DNA of 64,000 nucleotides, taken from the NCBI GenBank assembly GCA_964536865.1, contig CAZHYN010000001.1, positions 161,824-225,823 on the forward strand, in the 5' to 3' direction. The notes beneath the pieces are model-generated. The model was not told the origin of the DNA, made no database searches, and saw only the letters and a list, made by a program, of their open reading frames with translations. Both the position numbers and the translations under genes were made by a program. This document shows, in pieces, positions 11,208 to 19,957 of this stretch (position 1 is its first letter; each line of letters starts with the position of its first letter). The DNA is from an uncultured Planctomycetia bacterium (GTDB lineage: Bacteria > Omnitrophota > Gorgyraeia > Duberdicusellales > 4484-171).

Positions 11208-12441
11208 GAGATTTTTTATTTTTCTACTGATAGGGTTTCTCTGCTTCTCTTGGAATTTGGGTTTCTCTTCTGAGAAAGAGACAAAAAAAGAGACAAAAAA
11301 AGATGCATTGTATAGAGAATTGGATCTATTAGGAGAAGCACTCTCTATCGTGAGCAAAAAGTATGTAGAGGAGAAGTCCTTAAAGGATCTAATCTATGGA
11401 GCAATAGAGGGGTTAGCATCATCCCTAGATTCTTATAGTCAATTTTTAAAGCCTGAAGATTATAAAGAGCTTCTTGTAGAGACAGAAGGAAAGTTTGGAG
11501 GGTTAGGTATAGAAATAACTATAAAAGACGGTTTACTTACTGTTGTCTCTCCCCTGGAAGATACACCTGCATTTAAAGCAGGATTGAGGGCAGGAGATAT
11601 TATTGTAAAGATAAATGGGGAGATAACTAAAGGGATTACCTTAAATGAAGCAGTAAAAAAATTAAGAGGTCAACCAGGTACTCAGGTGAAGTTAACTATT
11701 CTTAAAGAGAAAACAAAACAGATTCAGGAGGTGACTATTACTCGGGATATAATAAAGATTCAGGATGTAAAGAGGGCACTTATCCTTGAAGATGGTATAG
11801 CGTACCTAAAACTTAGTGAGTTTCGGGAAGATACTGCTAAAGAGTTGGCTCAAGCTTTAAGGGATTTGGAAAGGAAAGGGATGAAAGCTTTAATTTTAGA
11901 TTTGAGGAATAACCCAGGAGGTCTCCTTGTTTCTGCAGTAGAAGTGGCAAGTAGATTTTTGCCTAAGGATAAGGTTATCGTTTCTACCAAGTCCCGTAAC
12001 GCTGAAACTTTAGTCTATAAGTCACTTTCTTCTTCACCAAAATATTTAGATATGCCTATGGTAGTTCTGATAAATAGAGGAAGTGCCTCGGGAAGTGAAA
12101 TAGTAGCTGCTGCCTTGAGAGAAAACAAGAGAGCTGTCCTTCTAGGAGAGAAGAGTTTCGGTAAGGCCAGTGTACAGAGCGTATTACCTCTTAGTGATGG
12201 TTCTGCTTTAAGAATTACTACAGCAAAGTACTATACCCCTGAAGGGAAAAGTATTCATCAAAATGGAGTTGAGCCAGATATTGTAGTTACTAAAGAAGTA
12301 AGTGATCAGCCTGAGCAAGAGAATGTTTTTGAAAGGATTAAAGAAGAGAGAAGTAGAGAGTTTGATTATAAGAAAGATTATCAACTTTTAAGAGCAATAG
12401 ATTTAGTGAAAGGGCTCTTGGTACTTTCTCAAAAAAAATAA
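11200..12441 (+). CDS. ctpA: C-terminal processing (S41, tail-specific) peptidase with a PDZ domain
   Basis: Signal peptide, PDZ domain (GLRAGDIIVKING), S41 catalytic region (NRGSASGSEI, GEKSFGKASVQ). Confidence 0.85.
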   Translation: MIKRFFIFLLIGFLCFSWNLGFSSEKETKKETKKDALYRELDLLGEALSIVSKKYVEEKSLKDLIYGAIEGLASSLDSYSQFLKPEDYKELLVETEGKFGGLGIEITIKDGLLTVVSPLEDTPAFKAGLRAGDIIVKINGEITKGITLNEAVKKLRGQPGTQVKLTILKEKTKQIQEVTITRDIIKIQDVKRALILEDGIAYLKLSEFREDTAKELAQALRDLERKGMKALILDLRNNPGGLLVSAVEVASRFLPKDKVIVSTKSRNAETLVYKSLSSSPKYLDMPMVVLINRGSASGSEIVAAALRENKRAVLLGEKSFGKASVQSVLPLSDGSALRITTAKYYTPEGKSIHQNGVEPDIVVTKEVSDQPEQENVFERIKEERSREFDYKKDYQLLRAIDLVKGLLVLSQKK

Positions 12442-12443
12442 GA

Positions 12444-13433
12444 ATGTATGCTTTAGGGATAGAGACCTCTTGTGATGAAACTTCCTGTGCAGTTGTAAGG
12501 AACAGAGAAGTTCTTACTAATTTTACTGTTTCCTCTCTAAGGTATCATAGAAAATATGGAGGTATAGTTCCAGAAATTGCCACCCGTAATCATCTAAAAT
12601 TCATAGATAAAGTCTTTCTTCTAGCAATTAGGAAGGCAAAGGTAGATCTTAAAGATATAAAAGTTATAGGAGTAACTTATAAACCGGGTCTTTTAGGATC
12701 TCTTCTAGTAGGAGTAAATTTTGCCAAAGCTCTCAGCTTAGCTTTAGATAAGCCATTTTTGGGGATAAATCATCTTCATGCTCATCTCTTTTCTCCTTTT
12801 CTGAATAATCAAATACCATTTCCTCTACCTTTTGTAGGACTGGTGGCTAGTGGAGGACACACAGAAATTTTTTTAGTAAAAGATTTTTCCCAGATAAAAC
12901 TGTTAGGTAGTACCACCGATGATGCTTGCGGAGAGGTTTTTGATAAGGTAGCAAGAGCTTTTGGGTTAGGATATCCAGGAGGTGTCTACATAGATAAAGT
13001 TTACTCCCCTGATTTCAGAGAGAGTTTCTCCTTTAGATGTGGAAGAAAAGGGTTCAATTTCAGTTTTAGTGGAGTGAAGACAGCAGTAATCTATAAAAAA
13101 AATGAACTAGAGAAGAAACAAAAATTAGACAGAGAGACAAAGATTAAAATTCTTTCTTCTTTTCAGGAGAGTGTAGTAAAAACAATAGTAGAAGGAATCG
13201 AAGAAGCAGCAACAAAGTTAGGAATTAGGAATATTGTGTGTGGTGGAGGAGTTGTAGCTAACCGTCGACTTAGGGAGTTATTGAGAAATTTAGAAAAGAA
13301 GGGATTCAAAATATTCTTACCCTCTTTAGCTTATACCACTGATAATGCCGCTATGGTTGCAGGAATTGCCTTTTACTTGTATAATAGAAAAAGAGAGACA
13401 AGTAATTTTAAATTAGAGGCAGAAGCAAATTAA
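12444..13433 (+). CDS. tsaD: tRNA N6-adenosine threonylcarbamoyltransferase TsaD (Kae1/Gcp)
   Basis: MYALGIETSCDETSCAVV N-terminus; metal-binding HxxH (HLHAHL); 329 aa. Confidence 0.9.
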   Translation: MYALGIETSCDETSCAVVRNREVLTNFTVSSLRYHRKYGGIVPEIATRNHLKFIDKVFLLAIRKAKVDLKDIKVIGVTYKPGLLGSLLVGVNFAKALSLALDKPFLGINHLHAHLFSPFLNNQIPFPLPFVGLVASGGHTEIFLVKDFSQIKLLGSTTDDACGEVFDKVARAFGLGYPGGVYIDKVYSPDFRESFSFRCGRKGFNFSFSGVKTAVIYKKNELEKKQKLDRETKIKILSSFQESVVKTIVEGIEEAATKLGIRNIVCGGGVVANRRLRELLRNLEKKGFKIFLPSLAYTTDNAAMVAGIAFYLYNRKRETSNFKLEAEAN

Positions 13434-13434
13434 A

Positions 13435-13863
13435 ATGTTGAATAACCTTCAAATAATATGCCGTTTAATCTTGGCTTTCTTCTTAGGAAGCGTTATTGGA
13501 TTGGAGAGAGAGAAGAAAGGAAGGAGCGCAGGTCTTCGTACCCATATTCTTGTCTGTACTTCTTCTTGTTTAATTATGCTTGTTTCTCTCTACATGTATG
13601 AGCTTTTTAGAGGAGAGGTTCCTTTAGATCCTGCACGGATAGCTGCGGGTGTGGTAACCGGTATCGGATTTTTAGGAGCAGGTACGATTATTCGTAGTAC
13701 CAAAGCAGTAAGAGGACTTACTAGTGCTGCTAGTGTGTGGGTAAGTGCAGCTATTGGGTTGGCGGTAGGGTGTGGGTTTTATGTAGGGGCAATTTTAACT
13801 ACGGGCTTAGCTTTCTTAACTTTAGCTTTTCTTAAGATTGTTGAAAGTAGGTGGGAGAAGTAA
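13435..13863 (+). CDS. MgtC/SapB-family membrane protein
   Basis: GSVIGLEREKKGRSAGLRTHILV motif characteristic of MgtC; 4 TM helices. Confidence 0.75.
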   Translation: MLNNLQIICRLILAFFLGSVIGLEREKKGRSAGLRTHILVCTSSCLIMLVSLYMYELFRGEVPLDPARIAAGVVTGIGFLGAGTIIRSTKAVRGLTSAASVWVSAAIGLAVGCGFYVGAILTTGLAFLTLAFLKIVESRWEK

Positions 13864-13885
13864 GTTTAAGAGGAGGTGGAGATAG

Positions 13886-14377
13886 ATGGCTAGAAGAAGA
13901 GATGAGGAGAAAGTTTTAGATGTAAATGCTACGATGCAAGGAAGCCTGGTGTTCTCTGATCCTGTAAATTTAAGGATAAATGGGAGATTCGAGGGAAATC
14001 TTAAAACAAAAGGTAACTTGATCATTGGAGAGAGAGCAACTGTGTTTGCAGAGATTGAAGGAGAAAATATTATCATTTCTGGATTAGTAAGAGGGAAGAT
14101 AAAATCTACTCAAATAGTGAGCCTTTCTTCAACTGCTAATGTCTACGCAGATATTCACACACCCAAAATATCTATTGAAGAAGGAGCAACTTTTAATGGT
14201 AAGTGTACAATGATAGGAGAAAAATTATCATTAGAGGAAGTAGCGGATTTCCTTTCTGTGGATAAGGAGAAAGTGATAGAATGGGTAAATAACGGTAGGA
14301 TACCTGCACAAAAGGAAGGTAATGGCTACGTATTTGATAGAAGAGAAGTAGAGTTATGGGTGGAACAGAATCGCTAG
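13886..14377 (+). CDS. Bactofilin (DUF583) domain fused to a C-terminal excisionase/MerR-type HTH domain
   Basis: Beta-helical repeat run (RINGRFEGNLKTKGNLIIGERATVFAEIEGENIIISGLVRGKIKS) typical of bactofilins; the C-terminal LSLEEVADFLSVDKEKVIEWVNNGRIPA resembles an HTH_17 domain. Confidence 0.55.
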   Translation: MARRRDEEKVLDVNATMQGSLVFSDPVNLRINGRFEGNLKTKGNLIIGERATVFAEIEGENIIISGLVRGKIKSTQIVSLSSTANVYADIHTPKISIEEGATFNGKCTMIGEKLSLEEVADFLSVDKEKVIEWVNNGRIPAQKEGNGYVFDRREVELWVEQNR

Positions 14378-14673
14378 AGAAAAAGCTTCTTACTACTAGA
14401 GAAGTCTCTCAAATTTTAGGAATCTTAGAGAAGGAGGTGATAGAGTTAGCTCAGGAAGGTAAGCTTCCTTATTATAAGGTGGCAGGAGAATTTTTACGAT
14501 TCAAAAAAGAAGATATTCTAAAGGTAAAGAAAGGAATTCAGAGAAAGTTTAAAGTAGAGCAGAGGTATCCTTCCTGGAGAGAAAAAGTTAGTGATTTTTT
14601 TTACTTCAATGACTTTTACATCATTTCTGGAGTGATAATTGTAATTCTTCTGTGGTTTATATTCAGGAGTTAA
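14356..14673 (+). CDS. HTH (excisionase-like) domain protein with a C-terminal transmembrane anchor
   Basis: LTTREVSQILGILEKEVIELAQEGKLPYYK HTH similar to the C-terminus of the preceding ORF; C-terminal FYIISGVIIVILLWFIF TM helix; overlaps the upstream gene by 22 nt. Confidence 0.45.
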   Translation: MGGTESLEKKLLTTREVSQILGILEKEVIELAQEGKLPYYKVAGEFLRFKKEDILKVKKGIQRKFKVEQRYPSWREKVSDFFYFNDFYIISGVIIVILLWFIFRS

Positions 14674-14775
14674 TCTATACCCCCAGTAAGACCACCTTCA
14701 ACTTAAGAAAATGATAACTACTCTAAAAATATTTTTCTTTCGTTTTCGGGAGGTTTATTTTAGATTAAGGATAGT

Positions 14776-15204
14776 TTAGAATTTTATTTTAAAGATATAT
14801 TGAACTTTATCGTTACTAAATTCTGGTTTCCCTTTTATTTTAAAGAATTGTACTTTAGCTTTTTCTTTTACCCAGTTTTCTACTTCTTTAGCTTTGAAGT
14901 AAGGATAAAATATATCTACCCCTAACATCTTTTCCCACACTTTCCTTAGTCTTCTTCTTTCCTTATTTTTGTCTATAACTTCTGCATAAGCAGGGGTATT
15001 TACCCAGGTTAGAAAGGAAGAACTTGAAATAGTTTCCTTATGAGTAGGTGAATCTCTTAGAGAGATTTCTTCTAAAGAAAATTTTTTCTTATCTACTATG
15101 GAAGGAGGTTCCTGAGAAAAGCTTCTTCCTCCGGATAGAAAAAACCACCCTATTACTGCTAAAAGGAGTAAAAATCCTATTCTTTTCTTTTTAAGTTTTC
15201 TCAT
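14776..15204 (-). CDS. hypothetical exported protein
   Basis: N-terminal signal peptide (MRKLKKKRIGFLLLLAVIGWFFLSG); no known motif. Confidence 0.4.
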   Translation of the reverse strand: MRKLKKKRIGFLLLLAVIGWFFLSGGRSFSQEPPSIVDKKKFSLEEISLRDSPTHKETISSSSFLTWVNTPAYAEVIDKNKERRRLRKVWEKMLGVDIFYPYFKAKEVENWVKEKAKVQFFKIKGKPEFSNDKVQYIFKIKF

Positions 15205-15301
15205 ACTCCCCCTATTTAATTATACCATATTTTACCACAAAAAATCACCTTGCAAGGAAAAAAGCACATTTGTATCTCTATAGTGTTTAAATAGCTACCT
15301 G

Positions 15302-15682
15302 CTAATCGCTAAAAAAGATGGAGATTAACTCTTTTATAAAATCTGCTCCTGCGATTATACTCTTCTCCAATCCCTCTATAATCCCCTTCACTTCCTCTCC
15401 CGGAGCACGCCAGATAGCAAATAATCTGTAACGCAAAAGACCTCGCTTTTCCGGCTTTTCTCTCCCCCATACTTCATAAGAGTAAGCATTTTTAATATTT
15501 TTTGGTCCCTTAATTAGTGCTCCGTATAAAGGTGAGAAAGTAAATTCTACTAAGTTTTTTCCCATATTTATAAGGTGGCCTCTTACAGAGTAAGAGAAAG
15601 AGGGAGAGGGAGAAAGGAGAAACCACATTATGGATATACCAAGGGATATTTTTTTAATCATATTGGATATTTTTTTAATCAT
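15302..15682 (-). CDS. hypothetical exported protein (the start is duplicated by a 21-bp tandem repeat)
   Basis: MIKKISN-MIKKIS duplicated N-terminus followed by a signal-peptide-like segment; overlaps the upstream phosphatase stop. Confidence 0.4.
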   Translation of the reverse strand: MIKKISNMIKKISLGISIMWFLLSPSPSFSYSVRGHLINMGKNLVEFTFSPLYGALIKGPKNIKNAYSYEVWGREKPEKRGLLRYRLFAIWRAPGEEVKGIIEGLEKSIIAGADFIKELISIFFSD

Positions 15683-15685
15683 ATT
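15644..15685. repeat. Perfect 21-bp tandem duplication (GGATATTTTTTTAATCATATT x2)
   Basis: Copies at 15644-15664 and 15665-15685 read directly from the sequence; spans the gene junction on the minus strand. Confidence 0.85.
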
Positions 15686-16235
15686 CTTCCTTTACCTTTT
15701 CTATAAGTTCCCTCTTATCTTTAAGTTGAAGAATAAATTTTTTAAGCAAAGCTTTACCTCGATAAGGCCAGAACCCAAACTTTTTTGCTTCCTGATATGC
15801 TTCTTTAGGAGTCCAATTATATATTGCTACTCTATAGAGAGCAACCATTGCTCCTGTTCTGTCTCTACCACTCTCGCAGTGGACAAATACTGGCTGGTTT
15901 TCTTTGTTTATAACTACCTTTAAAAATTTGATAATTTGCTCATCAGTAGGTTGACTGTATACGCTCATAGGGATGTGATAGAAGCTCATATCCAGTTTTT
16001 TAGTAAATTCTCTTTCCCATTTTAATTTATCATTTTCCCCCCTTAAGTTGATTATTGTCTTTACTCCCAGAGATTTTAACACTTCTAGACCTTTCTGGGT
16101 AGGTTGACCTCCTCTTAAGACAGCTTGATCTACTCGATGAAAATTAGGAATCGTCAGAAAAGGATCGCTAACATAAGTTAAATAAGCACATCCACAGAAG
16201 AAAAGTAAAGTTATTTTCCAGAGATTTTTCTTCAC
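15675..16235 (-). CDS. Protein-tyrosine/dual-specificity phosphatase, likely a lipoprotein
   Basis: CX5R P-loop (VHCESGRDRTG); lipobox-like N-terminus (LLFFCGCAYL). Confidence 0.8.
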   Translation of the reverse strand: MKKNLWKITLLFFCGCAYLTYVSDPFLTIPNFHRVDQAVLRGGQPTQKGLEVLKSLGVKTIINLRGENDKLKWEREFTKKLDMSFYHIPMSVYSQPTDEQIIKFLKVVINKENQPVFVHCESGRDRTGAMVALYRVAIYNWTPKEAYQEAKKFGFWPYRGKALLKKFILQLKDKRELIEKVKEEYD

Positions 16236-16364
16236 TTTTTTATTATACCACTTTTATTACATAGTGAGGAAATGATTTTTAAAAATATTTTGAGCTTTTT
16301 AGTAAAGAGAAGATATTTTTTCTTGAAGATACAGGAATAAAGGTTAAGATAAGGGTAGAGGAGA

Positions 16365-17216
16365 ATGCTAGCTTCCATCTTTCAAAAATTTATCTTCCAA
16401 ACCCTAATTATTTTTTCTCTTCTGATTATCTTTTTCTTACTATATGTAAAATACTTTGAAAAGAAAGGTATTTTCTATCCTACCTCTGAGATAATAGCTA
16501 CTCCCAAAAGTAAAGGTCTAGACTATCAAGAAATATATCTTTTAACTGAAGATGGAGTAAGATTAAATGCTTGGTTTATTGAGGTAGAAAATCCTTTAGC
16601 TACACTTTTGTTTTGTCATGGGAATGCAGGTAATATTAGTCATAGAGTGGAGATAATAAAGATGTTTCATGATGTTGGTCTTAATGTTTTTATCTTTGAT
16701 TATCGGGGGTATGGAAAAAGTCAAGGAAGACCTTCAGAAAAGGGTCTCTATCAAGATGCCTTATCTAGTTACAAATATCTTCTTCAGGAAAAGAAAATTC
16801 TTCCTCAGAGGATAATAATTTACGGAAAATCTATCGGGGGAAATGTAGCGATTAATTTAGCTTTCCAGATAAAAAACGGTTTTCTCATTTGTGATAGCGC
16901 CTTTACTTCTGCTTTAGATATGGGTAAACACCTTTTTCCTTTTCTTCCTCGATTCTTTTTGAGATCTATTCTAGGAGTAAGATTTGACGCCTTCTCTAAA
17001 ATTAAAGAAATTTCTATCCCCAAGTTGATTATTCATAGTAAAGACGATGAAATTGTTCCTTTTAAGTATGGGGAAAAACTTTTTATTTATGCTTCACCTC
17101 CTAAGGAATTCTATATTTTAAATGGTTCCCATAATGAAGCTGTCTTTCTTCATTCCAGAGAATATATTTCTACAGTTAGGAGATTTGTAGAGAAATATTT
17201 GGAGGGTCAAAAATAG
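16365..17216 (+). CDS. Alpha/beta-hydrolase-fold protein with an N-terminal TM anchor
   Basis: HGNAGN oxyanion region, GKSIGG nucleophile elbow (GxSxG), and a downstream Asp/His. Confidence 0.8.
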   Translation: MLASIFQKFIFQTLIIFSLLIIFFLLYVKYFEKKGIFYPTSEIIATPKSKGLDYQEIYLLTEDGVRLNAWFIEVENPLATLLFCHGNAGNISHRVEIIKMFHDVGLNVFIFDYRGYGKSQGRPSEKGLYQDALSSYKYLLQEKKILPQRIIIYGKSIGGNVAINLAFQIKNGFLICDSAFTSALDMGKHLFPFLPRFFLRSILGVRFDAFSKIKEISIPKLIIHSKDDEIVPFKYGEKLFIYASPPKEFYILNGSHNEAVFLHSREYISTVRRFVEKYLEGQK

Positions 17217-17257
17217 TTTGACTTATTGAAGAATAGTTTTTAAAATTTAATTATTCT

Positions 17258-17331
17258 GGCGGGATAGCTCAGTCTGGTAGAGCGAACGGCTCATACCCGT
17301 TGTGTCAGCGGTTCAAATCCGCTTCCCGCCA
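17258..17331 (+). tRNA. tRNA-Met (anticodon CAU; an elongator-type or tRNA-Ile2 (lysidine) precursor, not the initiator)
   Basis: Cloverleaf folded by hand: acceptor GGCGGGA/TCCCGCC, D-arm GCTC..GAGC, anticodon stem AACGG/CCGTT with loop CTCATAC, T-arm AGCGG-TTCAAAT-CCGCT; the G1–C72 pair argues against an initiator; CCA is not encoded. Confidence 0.85.
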
Positions 17332-17526
17332 TTATTTTAGGATTTGGGAAGGGGGGAAGACGATAGAAGTTGAAGTAAAGCTTCCCACTGCAGTTAATAA
17401 TAAATCTAATAATAATTACTGATGAAGACTTCTTTTTATGTATTAATTGCTTTTTTAGACAAGCGGAGCTTTTGAGTAATCTCTGCAAGCCCTCACTTCC
17501 TAAAAAGGAGAAGTTCTTAAGAGATA

Positions 17527-18042
17527 TTGCTAAATTTAACTCTTTTAAGGAAAAAGGCCAGAAAAGTCTATTTCAAAATTAACCATTTCAAAATTTTTAA
17601 GCAGAAACTAGAGAAATCAAAAGTAGTATTAATTCTAGTAGACAACGTAGGAGAGACTTTTTTTGATAGAATTTTTCTAAAAGAGATTAAGAAATTTAAA
17701 CCTTCTTTGAATTTATTCTATGCTACTCGCTCCTCCCCCATCATTAACGATGCTCAATTAATTGATGCCTATAAAGCAGGTATTGATAAATTCGCTAAGG
17801 TAATCTCTACAGGGTGTGACTACCCGGGAATTGTTTTAGATAAAACCTCTTCTAATTTTAAGAGGATATATAAAAGAACAGATTTAATCGTTGCTAAAGG
17901 ACAAGGTAATTTTGAGTCTTTTTCTTCCAGAAAAGATATCTTCTATCTTTTTCAAGTTAAATGTTCCCCTGTATCTGAAGATTTAAAAGTCTCTTTAGGA
18001 TCTTTTGTTTTTCTTTATAATAAGATACCTTCTCTAAGATAG
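17527..18042 (+). pseudogene. DUF89-like (ARMT1/damage-control phosphatase family) gene, apparently N-terminally disrupted
   Basis: VDNVGETFFD and KGQGNFE resemble the conserved DUF89 motifs (recalled from memory), but the ORF is only 171 aa; possible N-terminal fragments lie in other frames at 17420-17526. Confidence 0.35.
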
Positions 18043-18073
18043 TTTCCTCATTTAAAAGTAATTTTTCGATTTG

Positions 18074-18102
18074 TTTGACAAAAGTATTTCTCAGAGATAA
18101 AA
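18074..18102 (+). promoter_or_regulatory. candidate sigma70 promoter upstream of the ptsN-like gene (TTGACA -17- TAAAAT)
   Basis: TTGACA at about 18074 and TAAAAT about 17 nt downstream, in an AT-rich intergenic region. Confidence 0.25.
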
Positions 18103-18295
18103 TTTATTTAATTTATCTAACAAAAATAAAATGATAATTTTTATAGAAACAAGAAATATGTTTTTCCAGAGAGTGGAGAAAGAGTTGCTCTATAAATAGT
18201 ATAAAAAAACAAAGGGGTCGCTTGTATTGTTTCTCTTCTCCTTCAAACCCTTAGAATTTTGAGGATTTTCATCTACAAGAAAGGAGGAAACGGAT

Positions 18296-18754
18296 ATGAA
18301 AGTAGCCAATTTTTTAAGAAAAGAAAGAATAATTATGAATTTGCAAGCACAAACTAAAGAAGAGGCAATAAGAGAAGTAGCCAACCTTATAAAAGATGCT
18401 CCTGAAGTAATAAATTTTGAGAATTTTCTGAAGGATATCTTTGATAGAGAAGCTTTGGCTACTACAGCCATTGGTAATCAAACTGCTATCCCACACGCTC
18501 GAAGTGATAATGTGAAGAGTTTTATTATAGCTTTTGGACGTTCTAAAGAAGGGATAAACTTTAATGCTCTGGATAATAGGCCGGTAAAGTTGATATTCTT
18601 AATGGGTACCCCCAAAGAGGAAGGAATAAATGACTATCTTAAAATTTTGGCTCACCTTACCCGCCTTCTTCAGAAAGAGACTTTTTGTGAAAGTCTCCTC
18701 AAAGCTAAATCGTCTGAGGAGATTATAGAGGAGTTTGAAAAGGTTGAAAGATAA
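18296..18754 (+). CDS. ptsN: PTS EIIA-Ntr-like (PtsN-type) regulatory protein
   Basis: PTS_EIIA_2 fold with the phosphorylatable His in AIPHARSDNV; 152 aa. Confidence 0.7.
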   Translation: MKVANFLRKERIIMNLQAQTKEEAIREVANLIKDAPEVINFENFLKDIFDREALATTAIGNQTAIPHARSDNVKSFIIAFGRSKEGINFNALDNRPVKLIFLMGTPKEEGINDYLKILAHLTRLLQKETFCESLLKAKSSEEIIEEFEKVER

Positions 18755-18763
18755 TCCCAATTA

Positions 18764-19957
18764 ATGGATGTTTTATTCTTTGTTGGTTTAGCTCTCCTTG
18801 TTGGTTTCTTAGGAGGGAGAGTATCTCACCGTATAAAGTTTCCTGCAGTTGTTGGCTATTTAATAGGGGGACTAATCTTAGGACCTTCTTTTCTGAACAT
18901 CCTCAACTTAAATCTCCTCAATAACTTAGGAGTATTTAACGACATAGCTTTAGCATTGGTGGCATTCGTGATCGGTAGTGAGCTCCATCTCTCTACTCTA
19001 AAAAAAATGGGTAGAAGTATAATTACTATTATACTTTCCGAATCATTTGGTGCTTTTTTATTAGTAGTTTTAGGAGTGTATCTTTTAACGGGGAAGCTAT
19101 ATATAGCTTTAATCTTTGGAGCAATGGCTCCTGCCTCTGCTCCTGCAGGTACAGCAGTAGTACTGCAAGAGTACAAAGCAAAAGGCCCTCTTACTAACGC
19201 TCTTTATGCAGTAGTAGGGTTAGATGACGGATTAGCTATTATTATTTATGCCTTTGCTGCGAGTCTTGCTAAACTTATTCTCACCGGTGAGCCTTTTTCT
19301 TTCTTAGGGTTGCTTCAAGGTCCTTTCAAAGAAATAGTAGGAGCAGTAACCCTAGGTGGGATAGGGGGAGTAGGTTGTGGGTATATACTTAAGAAGCTGA
19401 GAAAAGAAACAGATATCTTAGCCGTATCTTTAGGAGTAATTTTTATTGTCACCGGGTTAGCTAAATACTTCCATTTTTCTTTGATTCTAACCAATCTAAC
19501 TCTAGGATTATTTTTTTCTAATATTTTTTTATTTTTGAGTCGAAGAACTATAGATATAATTAACCGCATTGCTACTCCTATTTATATTATCTTTTTTGTA
19601 ATAGCGGGAGCCCATCTTCAGTTGAGACTTCTCTCTGTAATGGGGATTTTAGGGATTATTTATATAGTGTGCAGAATTTCCGGAAAAATGGGTGGTGCTT
19701 TCTTAGGAGCTATTATGAGTAAACCGCATCCTGCTATCAGAAAGTATCTAGGTTTAGGTATTCTTTCTCAGGCAGGTGTAGCTATAGGTTTAGCTATTTT
19801 AGTTACCAGAGAATTTTCTTCTCTGGGAGAAGTAGGAAAAAATTTATCTTTACTGGTGATAAATACTATAGCAGCTACTACTATTATATTTGAAATTCTT
19901 GGTCCTATAGGGACAAAGATAGCAATTACTAAAGCTGGGGAAGCAAGAAGAGGGTAA
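18764..19957 (+). CDS. Cation/proton antiporter (Na+/H+ exchanger / CPA family), membrane domain only
   Basis: Na_H_exchanger-type helices (GYLIGGLILGP...LALVAFVIGSELHL); no C-terminal KTN domain. Confidence 0.75.
   Translation: MDVLFFVGLALLVGFLGGRVSHRIKFPAVVGYLIGGLILGPSFLNILNLNLLNNLGVFNDIALALVAFVIGSELHLSTLKKMGRSIITIILSESFGAFLLVVLGVYLLTGKLYIALIFGAMAPASAPAGTAVVLQEYKAKGPLTNALYAVVGLDDGLAIIIYAFAASLAKLILTGEPFSFLGLLQGPFKEIVGAVTLGGIGGVGCGYILKKLRKETDILAVSLGVIFIVTGLAKYFHFSLILTNLTLGLFFSNIFLFLSRRTIDIINRIATPIYIIFFVIAGAHLQLRLLSVMGILGIIYIVCRISGKMGGAFLGAIMSKPHPAIRKYLGLGILSQAGVAIGLAILVTREFSSLGEVGKNLSLLVINTIAATTIIFEILGPIGTKIAITKAGEARRG

Noticed and set aside
17258-17331. Initiator tRNA-fMet assignment for the CAU tRNA
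   Set aside because: Position 1 is paired (G1–C72) and the anticodon stem lacks the three consecutive G-C pairs characteristic of bacterial initiators. It is more likely an elongator Met or a lysidine-modified Ile2 tRNA.
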